A DNA stretch of 64,000 bases, from NCBI RefSeq assembly GCF_008831285.2, contig NC_045138.2, positions 16,554,001 through 16,618,000 of the forward strand, read 5' to 3'. The first letter of the stretch is position 1. Each line of letters opens with the position of its first letter. A program made the translations under genes and the position numbers. The notes beneath the pieces were generated by a model. That model was not told the origin of the DNA. It ran no database searches and was given only the letters and a program-made list of their open reading frames with translations. Shown in pieces: positions 1-13,153 of this stretch. This DNA is from Nymphaea colorata (Eukaryota).

Positions 1-594
1 TAGATAGGGTGTCTTCTATTGGTTGTGCAAACGAATCCTTTAAGTGGTCGAACTTAACATTTACGACAAGCATGTTTTTTTTTTTTTTGATGCCTTCCCT
101 TGGTCGATGCCTTCCCTTGGTCTTTTGCAACACAATTTCTAGAACTTAGTGTTTCCTTTTTCACATTCGGCAATGCATGAGGCAAGCACCTGAGGAAACA
201 TCACTATCTCAGGAAAGCATAGACTCAATCAAAGGTGAGATTAGATTTTTCTTCTATCGATGGCTTAATGGAGGTGCACATGTGTTTGCACTCTCTCACA
301 GTTCACACATTGTCAAATAAACTCGACATAATTCGATTGACAGTTAAGCTTTTTTTGTGCTCTTTGTGCTTTGTTTGTTGTTTAAAATCATCAATGTTCC
401 TTCCAAGTTCACTATATTTCCAATTTGAAGAGGATTTTGTATCGTCCTTTTCTCCTTAGCATTTTGTACTGCCACTGGAACTTCTCTTTGTTGCATTTTA
501 TTTATTATTTTATTTCCTTTGACAACTGTGTGTTTTACCCTACTTTCTTTCCAGGTTTGGTTTTATTGTAAGTAATTTTCTTCCTTCTTTGCAG

Positions 595-3500
595 GTATGG
601 CCTGTCAGTGTTAGCTTTAAATTCTTGGAGCCTATTGGACGAGAAATGAAAGCTATGGGAAAGGTATAATTTATTATCTAGATTCTGAAGTTCTGAACAG
701 TGCTACATGTCTATATTTTTCCTGCACTAGAATGGACTCGTGTTCAAATTGCTGAATTCTGTTGTAAATGTTTTTTGCTTGTCAAGTCACGGTTTTCAAA
801 GTATTTGGGAAATGTGCTTCACAAAAGATTTAGGTTCTTGTTAAATGACAACATGCTCCATCAGTTAATCAACAAATTCTATGTTGGAGATAGTTTATGA
901 TCTTTTAGTTCAGTACCTTAATTTTTTCAGCAGAATTTTGTTAGTAAGCTGTTGATATCTTATACCAACAGTTTGATGGACTTGTTAGGTTCAACAGAAG
1001 GGTGTTCCCTCAATTTCTGCCATAAAACTAATAACATGCTTAACTGTTGAACAAATAACAAAAGCTCGCACTGTTTAGATATTTTACATTTGATCACTTG
1101 AATTAAAGTATGCATCACACAAAGTATGTGGTCTCAAAATCGTTGAAATTGGAGTATACTCTTGATGTTTTACCAGAAGTTGCTGCCTTTTTAAAAATTG
1201 TTTCCAATGCAAACCTGTGGGAGGGAGGTCTCCCAGCCTTTTATTAACAAAAATTAAAGAAATACATATAGCAGGATTTACAAAACAACAAAAACAGGGA
1301 ATCATTCAAAAAGACCCCTTAAGGAAATTAACCTATATTAGGGGACAACGATTGCATTCAACAGAAGAATTTAGTGGGAGGTTGAACATTAAAATTTTAA
1401 CAACCTCTGCACTAGGATTACACACTTAACCTAAATTTATCCATATACCCAGAAAGATATATACAGCCAAAACCTTGAGCTTAAGGTTCTTCAAGAACCA
1501 GTTCAGGCTCTTCTTCCATGTAGACGGTCCTGCTACTAACAAACTTCCACCTGAGGGTTTTTTTTACTTCTATCAATAAGGCCCTAGGTCCAGAAATAAT
1601 ATAACTGAACTCCATTCCCCCTTCCCTGGACCTCCAGTAAAACACCCTATAGCCATATTTAAAAAGGGCTTCTTCATTTCATTCAAATATGCTTCAGTGA
1701 CCATCACACGAGGAATACCATCAACGATTCGTACCTTATCAGTTTTATCGACCTCCATTGAATCCTGTTTCAGCAAGCTCGCCCATGATTTTAGAGGAGG
1801 AGGCTTAGCCTGCATCTCCCTCATGGCTTCTGAAATAAGGTTCTGCTGAATGACTATGTCACGATTCACTTGTTCATTGTCCCCTGGTTTCAGCTGCATG
1901 CCCTGCACGTATTCCTCTGTTAGCGTTGCCAGCCAGTTTCCGTTCACATTACCAGACCCAGTGACAGTGAGGGCGACGCCCTTGCTGGGTTCTTCAACAC
2001 CATTCTCAAACAGTTTGGAGCATTACCTTTTTTAAAAGTATTACAAACATAAAGAACTTAACTTTTTGCACTAGACTAAGTTTTACTTTGTAGTCCTTCT
2101 TTTATTAATTTTTCTTTTCTTTCAGATTTTAATTTGATGTTACGTTTTAGGAAGCTTACTACAATAAATCACAGTATTGAAGATGGTAAAGAACTTCTTG
2201 CAATAAATGCCAGCAAAGGCAAATGTCTGCTGTCACCTAACAAATTACTCAATTGTATAAAATGTTGAGCACCAAAGGACTAATAATTACAGGCTGCTAA
2301 TGATTTTTTATAACGTTATGAGTAAGCATAATCACATTGGAAACCAAAGTAGATTTTAAGAGTCAACGAGCCCAATAAACTTCAAAATCACTACCCTTGT
2401 AAGTTCTTAATCATCTGAAGAGAAATATGATGTTATGTTAGTGCCTAGTGGTATTAGCCTATTAGGATGACTTATACCAAAAAGTTTGTGGCGACTATGA
2501 ACAGGACTCCATTAAAAATATATTAGGTCAACTATCAAAATTTGCTAACTTCAACCTGGTTCATCTAAGATGTGTTGCATGACTCTTATGTCAGCATTGT
2601 CGAGACATGTTGCAAGATATGTCACTATGTACACGATGTTTCCAAAAATGTGTTGCGTGCGATGGAACAAAGTGTTGTCTAACAAAGTGGCAGCTATAAG
2701 CGGAATAACAATCTGAATTTTTGTACCTGATCTTTAAGCTTTAACTCTTATATATATGGTTAAGATTTGACTGTTATCTAGACTTCCTACATAAGCCTTT
2801 AACTTGTTTGCTAAGTTCAATCCTTGCTTCTTAAAAGCTCAGAATCTCTTTCCAATGTCTCTTTCTTATGTCCAAAGATATGGTCTATGCTCACCAGACT
2901 CTTACTTTCCCAATATTTCTAATGATGGTGTTGCATCCGCACAATTTAGCAATCATGTGTGGGCACACATTGGCTGGATCATAGTCACATTGCTTTATTG
3001 GAGTACACTGTTGCAGAACATGACAAAGTTCTGTCAAGCCACCCACGAAATCTACAAGTCCATAATAATTGGGTATTGATTGTTCTTCTTTCAGCTGATG
3101 CTTGACATCAACGTGCTGACTACCGACTGTTTCTGAATGTGGATGACTTGCTCCTCCATTGATAGATTTATCTGGAAAGCTCTGGAAGTGAGATATGGGC
3201 ATCTAAAGGATTGGAGAAATAAACCATCTATGCCTTCCCAACTGTTCTTGAAAGCAATGGGTTGTGCGCTCAATTTGGCAGATAAGTGTGGTAAAAAGTA
3301 TATATATGGAATCTCGAGATAGATGGGGAAGAAAATTACACAATGCATATCATTGTCTCTAGAAATCCTTAAACTACAAACCGTAATTTGAGAACAATGG
3401 TCTGTATGGGCTCAGAAAATGAAATAAAACTAGAACAATACCAAGCTACTTGGCTGTTCAAGATACTTATGTCCAACATAGTACGACATATCCCTGGTGT

Positions 3501-3940
3501 TTTTTGTTTCTCCTCTGTTTGGTATTGTATCAACACCATAACATGCCACCTGCAACTCTGCTTGGAAGTGACTGGTGAAAATCACAGTACTTTGCATGGG
3601 TATGTAATATAATATGTATATGTGTGTGTATGTAACTGGCAATTTTTATGGAACCTTGGCCTTCAAGTTAAAGCTGCTTTTCAGGGATTGATCTCTATCC
3701 TTATATTTTCTAAGAATTACCTGCTGGATATCTGTCCTTTATGTTCATATGGTTCAAGAGCTATAACATTGGTGCTCGGTTTCACTTCCTTCGAATTTAT
3801 TTTATGCTCCATGTCAAAGTTCTGCACTTGTCTTTTGCCTTCTGTTGGCTAATGATGGTTTTTTTTTTTTTTCCTTTTCTTCCATGCAGTTCATGGATTC
3901 AGCGTTCAATCTTATGCAAGCTTCATTTTCTGATCGTTGA
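595..3940 (+). CDS. 3' end (last two exons) of an unidentified protein-coding gene that begins upstream of the window
   Basis: Exon 595-663 (gcag|GTATGG...AAG|gtat) and exon 3890-3940 (polypyrimidine tract, gcag|TTC...TGA) join in phase 0 to give VWPVSVSFKFLEPIGREMKAMGK-FMDSAFNLMQASFSDR*. Family not recognised. Confidence 0.7.
1198..2025 (-). mobile_element. Internally deleted L1-type LINE (ORF1-like fragment plus 3' end) in an intron, antisense to the host gene
   Basis: The minus ORF 1573-1947 (KSWASLLK...RIVDGIPRVMVTEAYLNEMKKPFLNMAIGCF) resembles the N-terminal part of plant L1 ORF1. There is a minus-strand AATAAA near 1240. Flanking near-identical direct repeats are CCTTTTTAAAAA (1186-1197) and CCTTTTTTAAAA (2026-2037). 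Confidence 0.55.
2780..3300 (-). mobile_element. Possible highly decayed hAT transposase relic in an intron
   Basis: Minus-strand fragments such as EHRPYLWT*ERDIGK loosely recall the hAT 'P-x-x-W...EDIGK' region. Many stops and frameshifts. Confidence 0.25.
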
Positions 3941-5413
3941 GTGCTTCCTTTAGCTGATCTTAAGAGTTGTATTTACGGAGACTTGCATGGGCTTTATAAT
4001 AGAAACTTATGCTCCTTAGTGGGGTATTGAAGTTGTAAAGCAGATTTGTCCAACAAGTATAATATGCTTGGTGAAACCGAAGAGCAGGGTGGCTTCTGAG
4101 TTTTTCCCCTGATTAAGAGCAAGAATGGAAATTTCTTTTGGGTATGTGGGATCTTGATAGTGAACATATTTGGTTTCCAGTGAAGGCTTGGTGTCTCTCC
4201 TTTCATAAGACGTCTGTTTCTGCTAAAATTGAGTTATCCAGACTGAGCTTTTATTATAGAGGCTGGTTCTGAACCCGGGCCTGCACCATGCTCGAAATGG
4301 ATTCCTATTTAAACATGCACCTTCTGTGGGCAGTCTGACGATACTAGACCAACCGAAAGGATCGTTTTCCTTCGATTTTTCTGGGCCCGACTTTTACCAT
4401 CTTTACGATTCATTTTTCTTAGATGGCTTTATCGACATCATCCTTTACAACTGCGATGATGATGCGGTGCAATTTCTTTTCTCAGACTATGTATGTAGTA
4501 GTGGAGAAATCACTTGATACTGCAATTTTTGAAAACAAGGTGCCAAACCAAGGGTGCCTTGGTGAGTTTTTATGCACAATACCCTGCGGGGGTGTAGATG
4601 CTCATGGGCACCGAACTAACATTCAGCTGTTTATCAGTTTACCATCCTACCAGCTATGCCAAAGCCTTTTGGCACTTTGTAAGGTGCAATGAGGTTGGAA
4701 CGGCCGCACATCTTCTAGCCACTTCATGAGCTTCAGTGAGATTAGAACTGGTAGCTGCCTGTCCAAGGACCCCCGCAGCTGCCTACATATTTCTTTCTAT
4801 GAGATGTTCTGTACTTAGCAAGCAATTAAATTTGCAAAGGGTCTGGGCATGTTTACCGAACTTGGTCGATCCAAACTGTTTCTCATTGACAAAAAATGAT
4901 AAGCTTTACTCAAAATAACAGCCTAGCATGTATAACCTTCATGAAAAAAGTTCTTCCTTGGGAACAAAATGAAAGAGAATCTTGCCAGCACCCAAACAGG
5001 CCAAGCAGACGGATCAGCACAGACACAACCAAAGGAAGGAGATCTATGATAGCTGAATTATGATGGCTGAGGGAAAGAAAATAGGTGCCGCAAATGTGAA
5101 ATTGGACGAGGAATTCACATTAGCCAATAGTTGAGTGTGTGTTGTTTGTACCCAAGTTTCCCAGCAGCAGTCTGGCCCTGCTATGAATGGTCTACTGGCC
5201 GTGGCCCAGGTCCAGGTCCAGCCAACTTAAATGTCCATCCATCTTGTATGTGCATTGTTTGACTGGAGGGAGGTGGACCCATAGAACCACTATGTCCAAG
5301 AGGGCAAGACCTACTACGTCTGCTCCTGCTTGACACGCCAGACAAAACGTTAGGTAGCAAAAGGCCGGGTTTGCTACGGCTGGAACTGTCTCCACCTTCA
5401 TCTCCAGTAATAC

Positions 5414-5484
5414 CACACACATGCATGCGCGCTCACACGTGTATGTGCATGCACGCACACATGCACATGCATATATGCATGCAC
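5414..5484. repeat. Alternating purine-pyrimidine (CA/TG/CG) tract with several CATGCA (RY) motifs
   Basis: cacacacatgcatgcgcgctcacacgtgtatgtgcatgcacgcacacatgcacatgcatatatgcatgcac. Confidence 0.8.
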
Positions 5485-5597
5485 CTGTGGCATGATAAAG
5501 ATGGTGTTAAGACTGTTAGTTAGGTCATTGAGTTGCTGAATGTGGAGATCGCATTTCATTGATATCGCATTCATCACACCATCATTGATGTCGAAGT

Positions 5598-6660
5598 ATG
5601 AGCCAATGGAGACTCTCTCTTTCCCAATGCATTTTCCATTTTATCAGCTCTCTCTCTCTTCTTGACTTGACTAAGTGTCTAAGTCTCTTTTTGCCGTGCA
5701 CCAGTTTCCTTGATCACCTATGCCATGACACAGTGACTATGAATGAGACGACTTTTGTTTTCTTTTGCAAAGCTGAATAGGGATTTTCTTTCAAGTTTGT
5801 TCTTCATAAAAAAAAAAAGAAGAAGAATTTTAATAAGATTGTATTAAGATAACTGTCTCCAGTTTGTGTCCATGGTGAGCTTTTCTCATCCGTGATGACC
5901 GATCCTGAATTTGTTCTTAGTTTGCATCAAATAATGCAGAGTACTAGGTGAGCAAGAGGTGTATTTCATCCTACCACTAGATTGAGAATCTAAACCCCCA
6001 CCCTTCTCCCCATTCTCCCAGGGACCAAAAGATTTGGTGGGGAATAAGCCTGGGAACTGGGTCGAGCCGCCGCCGAGTACCCAGTACCTGGCCCGGCTCA
6101 GGGTCGAGAAAACATGACCCGGGCCGGCCGGGCTTGTTATTGGGCCGGCCCGAGTGGGCCCCATAAGTCCGGATCAAGCCCGATAATGATTTTTTTTAAT
6201 TTTTTTTATTAATTTATATATGTGGTGTTATGAACCAATGGAGACTCTCTCTCTCTCTCTCGTATGCTTTTTCCTTCAGCGGTAACTTGTCTACAATTTT
6301 CTCAATGGCACCAGTCTTCTTGATCACCGAACTCATGAATGAGACTATTTTTGTTTTCTTTTGCAAAGCAGGATTTTCCTTTAACTTTGTTCTTCATAAA
6401 AAAAAAAAAAAAAGAATTTCCTAATCCATAACTCAAAATTGTTGAGATTTAATAAGATTGTATGAAGATAACAGTCTCCATTTTGTGTCCATGGTGAGCT
6501 TTTCTCATCCGTGACAACCGACCCTGAATTTGTTCTTAGTTTGGATCAAAAGATCTAATGTAGAGTATTGAGATGTATTTCATCCTATCATTCAGCTGAA
6601 AATTGAAATCACCACCCTTCCCCCTATTCTCCCAAGGACCAAAGGATCTGGTGGGGAGTA
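5598..6660. repeat. Diverged tandem duplication of ~430-450 bp (5598-6047 and 6230-6660) separated by half a MITE
   Basis: Both copies begin atga(g/a)ccaatggagactctctct, share ttttgttttcttttgcaaagc and tttgtgtccatggtgagcttttctcatccgtga, and end ggaccaaa(a/g)gat(t/c)tggtgggga. Confidence 0.9.
6045..6229. mobile_element. Truncated, one-ended GC-rich MITE, probably hAT-type
   Basis: Starts taagcctgggaactgggtcgagccg, has repeated GGCCCG/CGGGCC subterminal motifs, then an AT-rich core. The second end is missing. Confidence 0.55.
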
Positions 6661-8178
6661 GTTACCAAATATCCAAGATGGAAAGTTTACATCAGGATTG
6701 GATTTGTATTTGGATCTGAAGTAGATCTGATTTGAAAAGTTGATCCAACCTACGAAAAGAATTCAAACTAAATCATTTATTCTCTAATAAAAAGGGAATC
6801 GATTTTTCTAGTGATACCGCAAATATGTTGGATAAACATTTTAAAAATGTTCAGGAGAATATTTTAATCGTTCATGAATTTTGTTTTTTCAAATTGGTTT
6901 TTTATTTGCTTTTCAAATATTTTACTTAAAAATATACGCAAAAAGAAAAATAGCAGATGATAATAACCACATTCATTCTAGTACAACCGATTCAAAAAGT
7001 ATAGATGATGAAGAGTCGATAGGGAGAATGGAGGCTTTTCTTCCTCCTGTAAATCGCATTCATGCATTTATGATCATGTAGAAAAGCTACTCTCTTCGCT
7101 TGAAATATCTCAAGTTTTTTTTTTTTTTCCCGTCCATGGTTAAGTGCAATCCATCTACAAACGATTTACACGTTCAACTAGAGACGTACAGGACTTAGAT
7201 TCGGGTCGGGCCAATTCTTTCCCAAGTTCAAACTTAACCGGTTTTGGTCCCAAACTTCAATTCCTACACTATTTTCCAAAACTAGATTGAAATGTAAGTA
7301 GCATCAGATCTCGTCATTTATATGTAATTTCTTGGATCTTCATCCAATCCTAGTAGAATACGGGCCCAAATCCAGCTAATAGTTGGATCTATTTTTTTTT
7401 TTTAACCAAATCTGACTAAACAGAAGGGACGTGTAAGTAATCGAGTATTTTTCATCCATTTACTGCCGACAGCAAAGTCACCGAGAAGCGTGCGGTTTTA
7501 GTTTTATCAGCGATCACATCAGCGACGTTGAAACGTCTCCGCGAAGGCACAAATTGAACGCTCTGTCTGGCTGAATGTTAATCCACACTTGCCCTCTTAA
7601 AAGCGAATCACGGTTCTGGTCTCCCTTGGATCTCGAGAAGATCGGTAAACGCGAGAGATGCTCTACAAGAGCATCGGAATTTGAAGCCCTGATGTTTCGG
7701 TGCTTAATCTTACGTTTTCACACTTTCCAAGTTGATTTCTTGATCGCTAATGTATATATTATAAAGAAATTGGACTGTGAATGCTATAAGCACTAAAAGT
7801 CATATGAACTGGTTGGCCGCAATGTCGATATCTATCCAAGCTAGATTATTGTGAAGTGAAGTTGGTCGATTGATTTGGTTCCTTCCTTGGGAAAATATAC
7901 GACAAAGACCCAGTTGGAAGTGAGGAGGAGGAAACAAATGATGGATCCCAAGAAATCAAAGTCAATCATAGAGCTACATTTATTTATTGAAAATTTGAAA
8001 TTGACAAATACGACTGACAACTCACCGTGGGAATCTCCTCTCGTTTCTTCTTCTTCTTCGTCGACCGCCCATTGGATGATCCAGTCTTTCTTCTACCAAT
8101 GACATCATTATCATCCTTCAGTGTCCTGTTGTGTTGGCGTCAACGCTTGAGCTTCTCTCTTCCCTCGATTCCTTTTCG

Positions 8179-8199
8179 ATATATTCCTGCGGGATATTC
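8179..8199 (+). promoter_or_regulatory. P1BS (PHR1-binding, GNATATNC) site plus an adjacent near-match, upstream of the purple acid phosphatase
   Basis: GGATATTC at 8192-8199 is an exact match and ATATATTC at 8179-8186 has one mismatch. Both lie ~80-100 nt before the ATG. Confidence 0.6.
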
Positions 8200-8280
8200 C
8201 ACTTGCTCATGGCATTTCGGCTACTGCACTGATCGTTATTAGAGAGAGGGAGGGAGGGAAACAGAGAGAGGCAGTGAGAG

Positions 8281-11200
8281 ATGGGGACACCTATGATGTG
8301 GGTGTTGCTCATTGTGGTGGTTTTGAGCTCTCCCATGGCCTCCAATGGAGGAACCACAAGTAGGTTCGTTAGAAAGCTTGGGGCATCCAAAGATATGCCT
8401 CTTGATAGTGATGTGTTCAGGGTACCGCCTGGCTACAATGCTCCCCAACAGGTTATTTCTTTTCCTTTTCTCTTTCACTTTGTTAGTCTTTCTTTTAGAT
8501 TTTCACCAATCTACCGACTTCAAATTCTGTTCGTGTCTCCAGAAACTAAGAGTCGGTAATTCGCATTTTTGACACAGTGAGACTTTTACTGCTGTGTTAA
8601 AATTTAAGTTCATGGTTGATCTTAACAGGTACATATAACACAAGGAGATCATAATGGTACGGGAGTGATAGTTTCATGGGTAACAACGTCTGAGCCAGGA
8701 TCAAGCACCGTGTTGTATGGTACTGCTGAGCACAAGCGAAAATTCAGGGCAGAAGGTTCCGTTACTTCCTACAAGTTCTATAACTACACTTCAGGGTTCA
8801 TTCACCACTGTCATCTCAATGGCTTGGATGTGAGTAGCTTCTTTTCATTTTCTTTGGGCTTTTCGTTCTGAATTGACTGGTGTCTCGCTTCTTTCATGTG
8901 ATTCTAAGAATTTTGTAGTATGGTCATGTTGTTTGAGAGGAATCGATCGTCTTCTCTTATAATAAGGAGCCCTGGGATTTCCTATGCTTCACGTTTCTCT
9001 GATCAGTAGATATGTATGGATGGTTCCCTGCTTTGTTCACAGGTTTATATGTCGCTTGAGATTGAACTCATGGTTTTGAATCTCGAGAAAAGTGCTATGT
9101 AGCAAATACGTAGCAGAAAAAGTTATCGTTTTAGACACTTTTTTATCAGGCTCAATGGATAGTAAGTAACCAATGACTAGTTTCAGAATGGGAATCTAAA
9201 TGAAAGTTATGCTATTGGTACAGTATGATACTGAGTATTTCTATGAGGTGGGAATAGGGCACACAAGACGTCGGTTCTCATTCAAGACTCCTCCAAAAGT
9301 TGGTCCCGATGTTCCATATACTTTTGGCCTCATAGGTAAGATTCCTTTTTATATGCATTATATCGTTTTTTCATTTCTTATCATGATTCATGCTATACTG
9401 TTGTTCTTTCCCTTTTTGGTCTCAGAAAAAAAAAAACTTCCTGAACCATTCATGTCAGTTTCCGATCCTTTCTTTGGTATTTCCTCCTGAGCATGGATTT
9501 TGCGTCTGTGTCAAGTGGACCCATTAAGTATGACATGTATGACCTTGGTTTTCTGATGGTCTGTTATCCTCTGATTGTTCCATATATGACTCGTCGTCCC
9601 ACTTGCAAATATCTTTGAACTTCCACAAAGTTAGCATTTTTTGGGGTCATGACCAGTTAAGTTGTATGAACTTACTTGTTTCAGCTTCACAAGTCAAATA
9701 GTTGTGGATAACTTCTTTGGGATCATATGCACTTCAGAGAAAATGAAAGATCTACTTCTACTTGGTTTTTCTTCAAGAAGCATCTGATTTAATGATTTCT
9801 TCTGTTTTGTCCCCGTGACTTTTTTTGTCAAATGCGTGCTGGGGTGTGGCTTGACCTTGCTTTTGCTAATTTATATGTAGGGGACCTGGGACAGAGTTTT
9901 GATTCCAATACCACACTTTCGCACTATGAATCAATTAAGAAGGGGCAGACTGTGTTGTTTGTGGGAGATCTTTCTTATGCAGACAACTATCCTAACCATG
10001 ATAATGTCAGATGGGATACATGGGGAAGGTTCATTGAGAGAAATGCCGCTTATCAACCTTGGATATGGACTGCGGGGAACCATGAAATAGACTTTGCTCC
10101 CGAATTGGTAATTTTTATGCCAACATAATGGCATTACTGCATTGATAATGGAATTATATTATTTTAAAGATTCAACTGACATTTTTTCTTGCACATAATA
10201 TGTCTCTTAGTGGACATTATAATTTCTTTCTTCAGCCTTAGATAAAAGGCTGTGACTTCCTTTCCTGCAACAATATAACATGAGCTATTTGAAAGAAAAA
10301 AGCTGATTTTTTTTTTCTCTTAAGAGGCAGGAACTGCTGTTGATGTGTTGGTTCGTATGCATATATGCCTGCAATAGCATGCATCAACTGATAATATTGT
10401 GTAAACATATGCTCAGTCATATGATATGCCTATGTGCACATAGAGACATGGACATAGACAGGCTTGCACACAAATGCACATATACATATCCATGCTTGGG
10501 ATATGATGAGCTTTATGCCTTCCCATGTTTATGCAACCAAGCAAACCTTTTTTCTTCGTTTTGTTATAAACTTCTCATATTATCATTTGGATTCTTAGCT
10601 TAAAATTATGTGAATCAAACAATATATATAGATCTAGATATATTTTTCTCCACTTTTGTTTTTGTCTTTCTGCTAATCACACTTTAAGCTCTTTTTGTCT
10701 TCTGTATTTTCTCATCTTGAATTTTCTGTATGCTGAACAGTATCTCTGGCTCACCCAAAACACATGCTAAATTTGAACTATCATTTCGACAATCTTCTAA
10801 GGCCTTTTTTGTAACCTAGTATCAACTAGATGTTCCTTCAATGTACTATGCCATTTCTGAACTTGAACAATTATATCATGTTATTTTCCTTTCTTGAAAG
10901 GGCGAATATTATAGGAAAATAAAATATTTTAAATATTCACTTTCAGTTCATCCCTCAATGCATTGCACCATTTGAGTTATATTGCAACAGATTTGGTCTT
11001 TGAAATGTCTAGATAAACTAGATCATTAACCGCTGCAATTCTCTTACCAGGGTGAAACAGAACCTTTCAAGCCATACCTTCATCGTTACCATGTACCCTA
11101 CAAATCATCTGGTAGCACATCCCCACTTTGGTATTCAATCAAGCGTGCATCAGCATACATCATTGTTCTTAGTTCATATTCAGCTTATGGCAAGTATCCT

Positions 11201-12427
11201 TTTTCTTGTCTCCAGACATTTTGTAATAATTTATATGGTTGTAGATTTTTGTCCTATTACTTTCTTTTTGCCTGAATTTTGTTGGAAGAACTATGTGCAA
11301 TAAAAAAGTACTCACTCTTGACTTCTATATTTTTCATTTGTAGGAAAGTACACACCCCAGTTCAAGTGGCTTGAACAAGAGTTTCAGAAGGTCAACAGAA
11401 ATGAAACACCATGGTTGATTGTCCTTATGCATGCACCATGGTATAATAGTTACAACTATCATTTCATGGAAGGTGAAACCATGAGAGTAATGTATGAACC
11501 ATGGTTCGTGAAAAATAAAGTAGATCTCGTGTTTGCTGGTCATGTTCATGCTTATGAACGCTCTGTAAGTCATCTTTTTCCCTTGGATGCATCTTCCCTG
11601 CAGGCTGCAACTTCATTAGTTATTGATTCATTGACCATTCTCAAGAGCATTCATTTTATGGTCTTACGGACACACACCCACACAAGAAAGAGAGAGAGAG
11701 ATTGCTCATGCCTAAGAAAAGGTTCACTTTGCTAGTTAGCTGGTATTTCTACTTCTAACCAGGAAAGGAATTCACATAAGTTCTGAGTTTTTTTCTTTTG
11801 GCATATTGGATGGCTAGTATTCTACTGCTAACTTAAGTAGGAATTCTTGTAGGCAATAAATTTCCTTCCTGTGTAACCATGCATAAATACTCTGTTTTTG
11901 GTCTAATCTTAATGACTGTCCGTGGGCTAGGAACGAGTTTCAAACATTGCATACGATATTGTAAATGGCCGATGCACTCCAGTAATAGATCAGTCGGCTC
12001 CAGTCTACATCACTATTGGTGATGGAGGAAACCTAGAAGGATTGGCAAACAAGTAAGTGTGGAATATAAACATACAATTTAATAGAGATCTTATAGCATT
12101 CTTCTCTGCTCAGTATCATTACCTTCTTTATTGTTTCATTTAGATGTGCATGCCTACATGTTTTAATTCATAAGCCTCAACTGCTCAATATAATGAAGAC
12201 TGAATCCAAATATGTTCACTTAACTTTGCAGCATGACCTATCCACAGCCTAAGTATTCTGCCTTCCGAGAAGCAAGCTTCGGTCATGCTACACTTGAGAT
12301 AAAGAACCGAACTCATGCTTATTACAGTTGGCACCGAAATCAGGACGATGCAGCAGTGGTTGGCGATTCGATGTGGTTTTACAACAGACATTGGGATCCC
12401 ATGGTGGAACCCACATCAGCAATGTGA
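8281..12427 (+). CDS. PAP: Purple acid phosphatase (high-molecular-weight, PAP10/PAP12-like, secreted), 8 exons, ~462 aa
   Basis: Exons 8281-8451, 8629-8829, 9224-9335, 9881-10107, 11051-11189, 11344-11564, 11931-12052, 12232-12427 (1389 nt, in frame). Hydrophobic signal peptide, [16 protein letters not shown], and all five metal-ligand motifs GDLG, GDLSY, GNHE, VLMH, GHVH. Intron 5 is GC-AG. Confidence 0.97.
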
Positions 12428-12791
12428 CAATAGCAGTTCTACTTTAGTTGTCGACAAGTATAATAAGATGTTGGTATTGAATTCCAAACCAGAATTCTCT
12501 GGTTTATGCTGTGACCCTCCTCCTACCTCGCTGTCAACAGTTTCTATCCTCTGTACTGTATGTCCAAGAAATATGAAATGTTCTTTTTAATCCGTTTCTT
12601 GCCAGTAACAGTGGAGTCTTCACCATCTAGTGTTTACAAATACAAGTATACAGCAAAAAATGTGTAAGGTGTTAACGAGACTATTTACTTGGCTGGGAAT
12701 TTGAAACCTGATTCGAGCACAGATACCTGTTTAATTTGAAACTTGGCTGGGAAGCTAGACGAATATCAGTTGGACACGAGGACCCTGTGTT

Positions 12792-13153
12792 TAGGGGTTG
12801 TACAATGACTCTAGCCAACTCGAGTTCTACTGGAACTTGCTTACAAAAGAGTCCAGTTGGAGCTGAACTGAAAACTCAAGTTTATAAATGAATCGAGCTT
12901 GAGTTATTTTGAACTAGACTCGATTAAACTAAGTAAGCTACGTTTAATCTACGTTATCATTTTTTCTGTAATTTCTAACCTTAAAACCAAGAAAAGAGAT
13001 CAAGTGAAATGGGGAGTTGGTAAACAAGCTTAAATAAATCGAGCTCGAACTGACCCTATATGATTCGACTCGAGCTCAAGCCAAGCAATATATAAGTCAA
13101 GTCGACTCGAGCTGACTGAGCTTGATCTCAACTCTGCTCATGTTACAGCCCTA
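12792..13153. mobile_element. hAT-type MITE with (C)TCGAG-rich subterminal repeats
   Basis: TIR-like ends TAGGGGTTGTA ... TTACAGCCCTA. Degenerate 8-bp TSD cctgtgtt / cctacgtc, differing only by transitions. Confidence 0.7.

Noticed and set aside
176..234. Exon-like block ending AAAG|gtgaga
   Set aside because: Its open frame is phase 1 and cannot join the phase-0 exon at 595 without an early stop.
555..567. Apparent 13-nt micro-exon (ccag|...|gtaagt) before the 595-663 exon
   Set aside because: It would leave a 27-nt intron, too short for plant splicing.
5181..5458. Overlapping ORFs, and a plus-strand EGKTYYVCSC that recalls metal-binding motifs
   Set aside because: No complete motif, a stop follows shortly, and there is no convincing splice structure.
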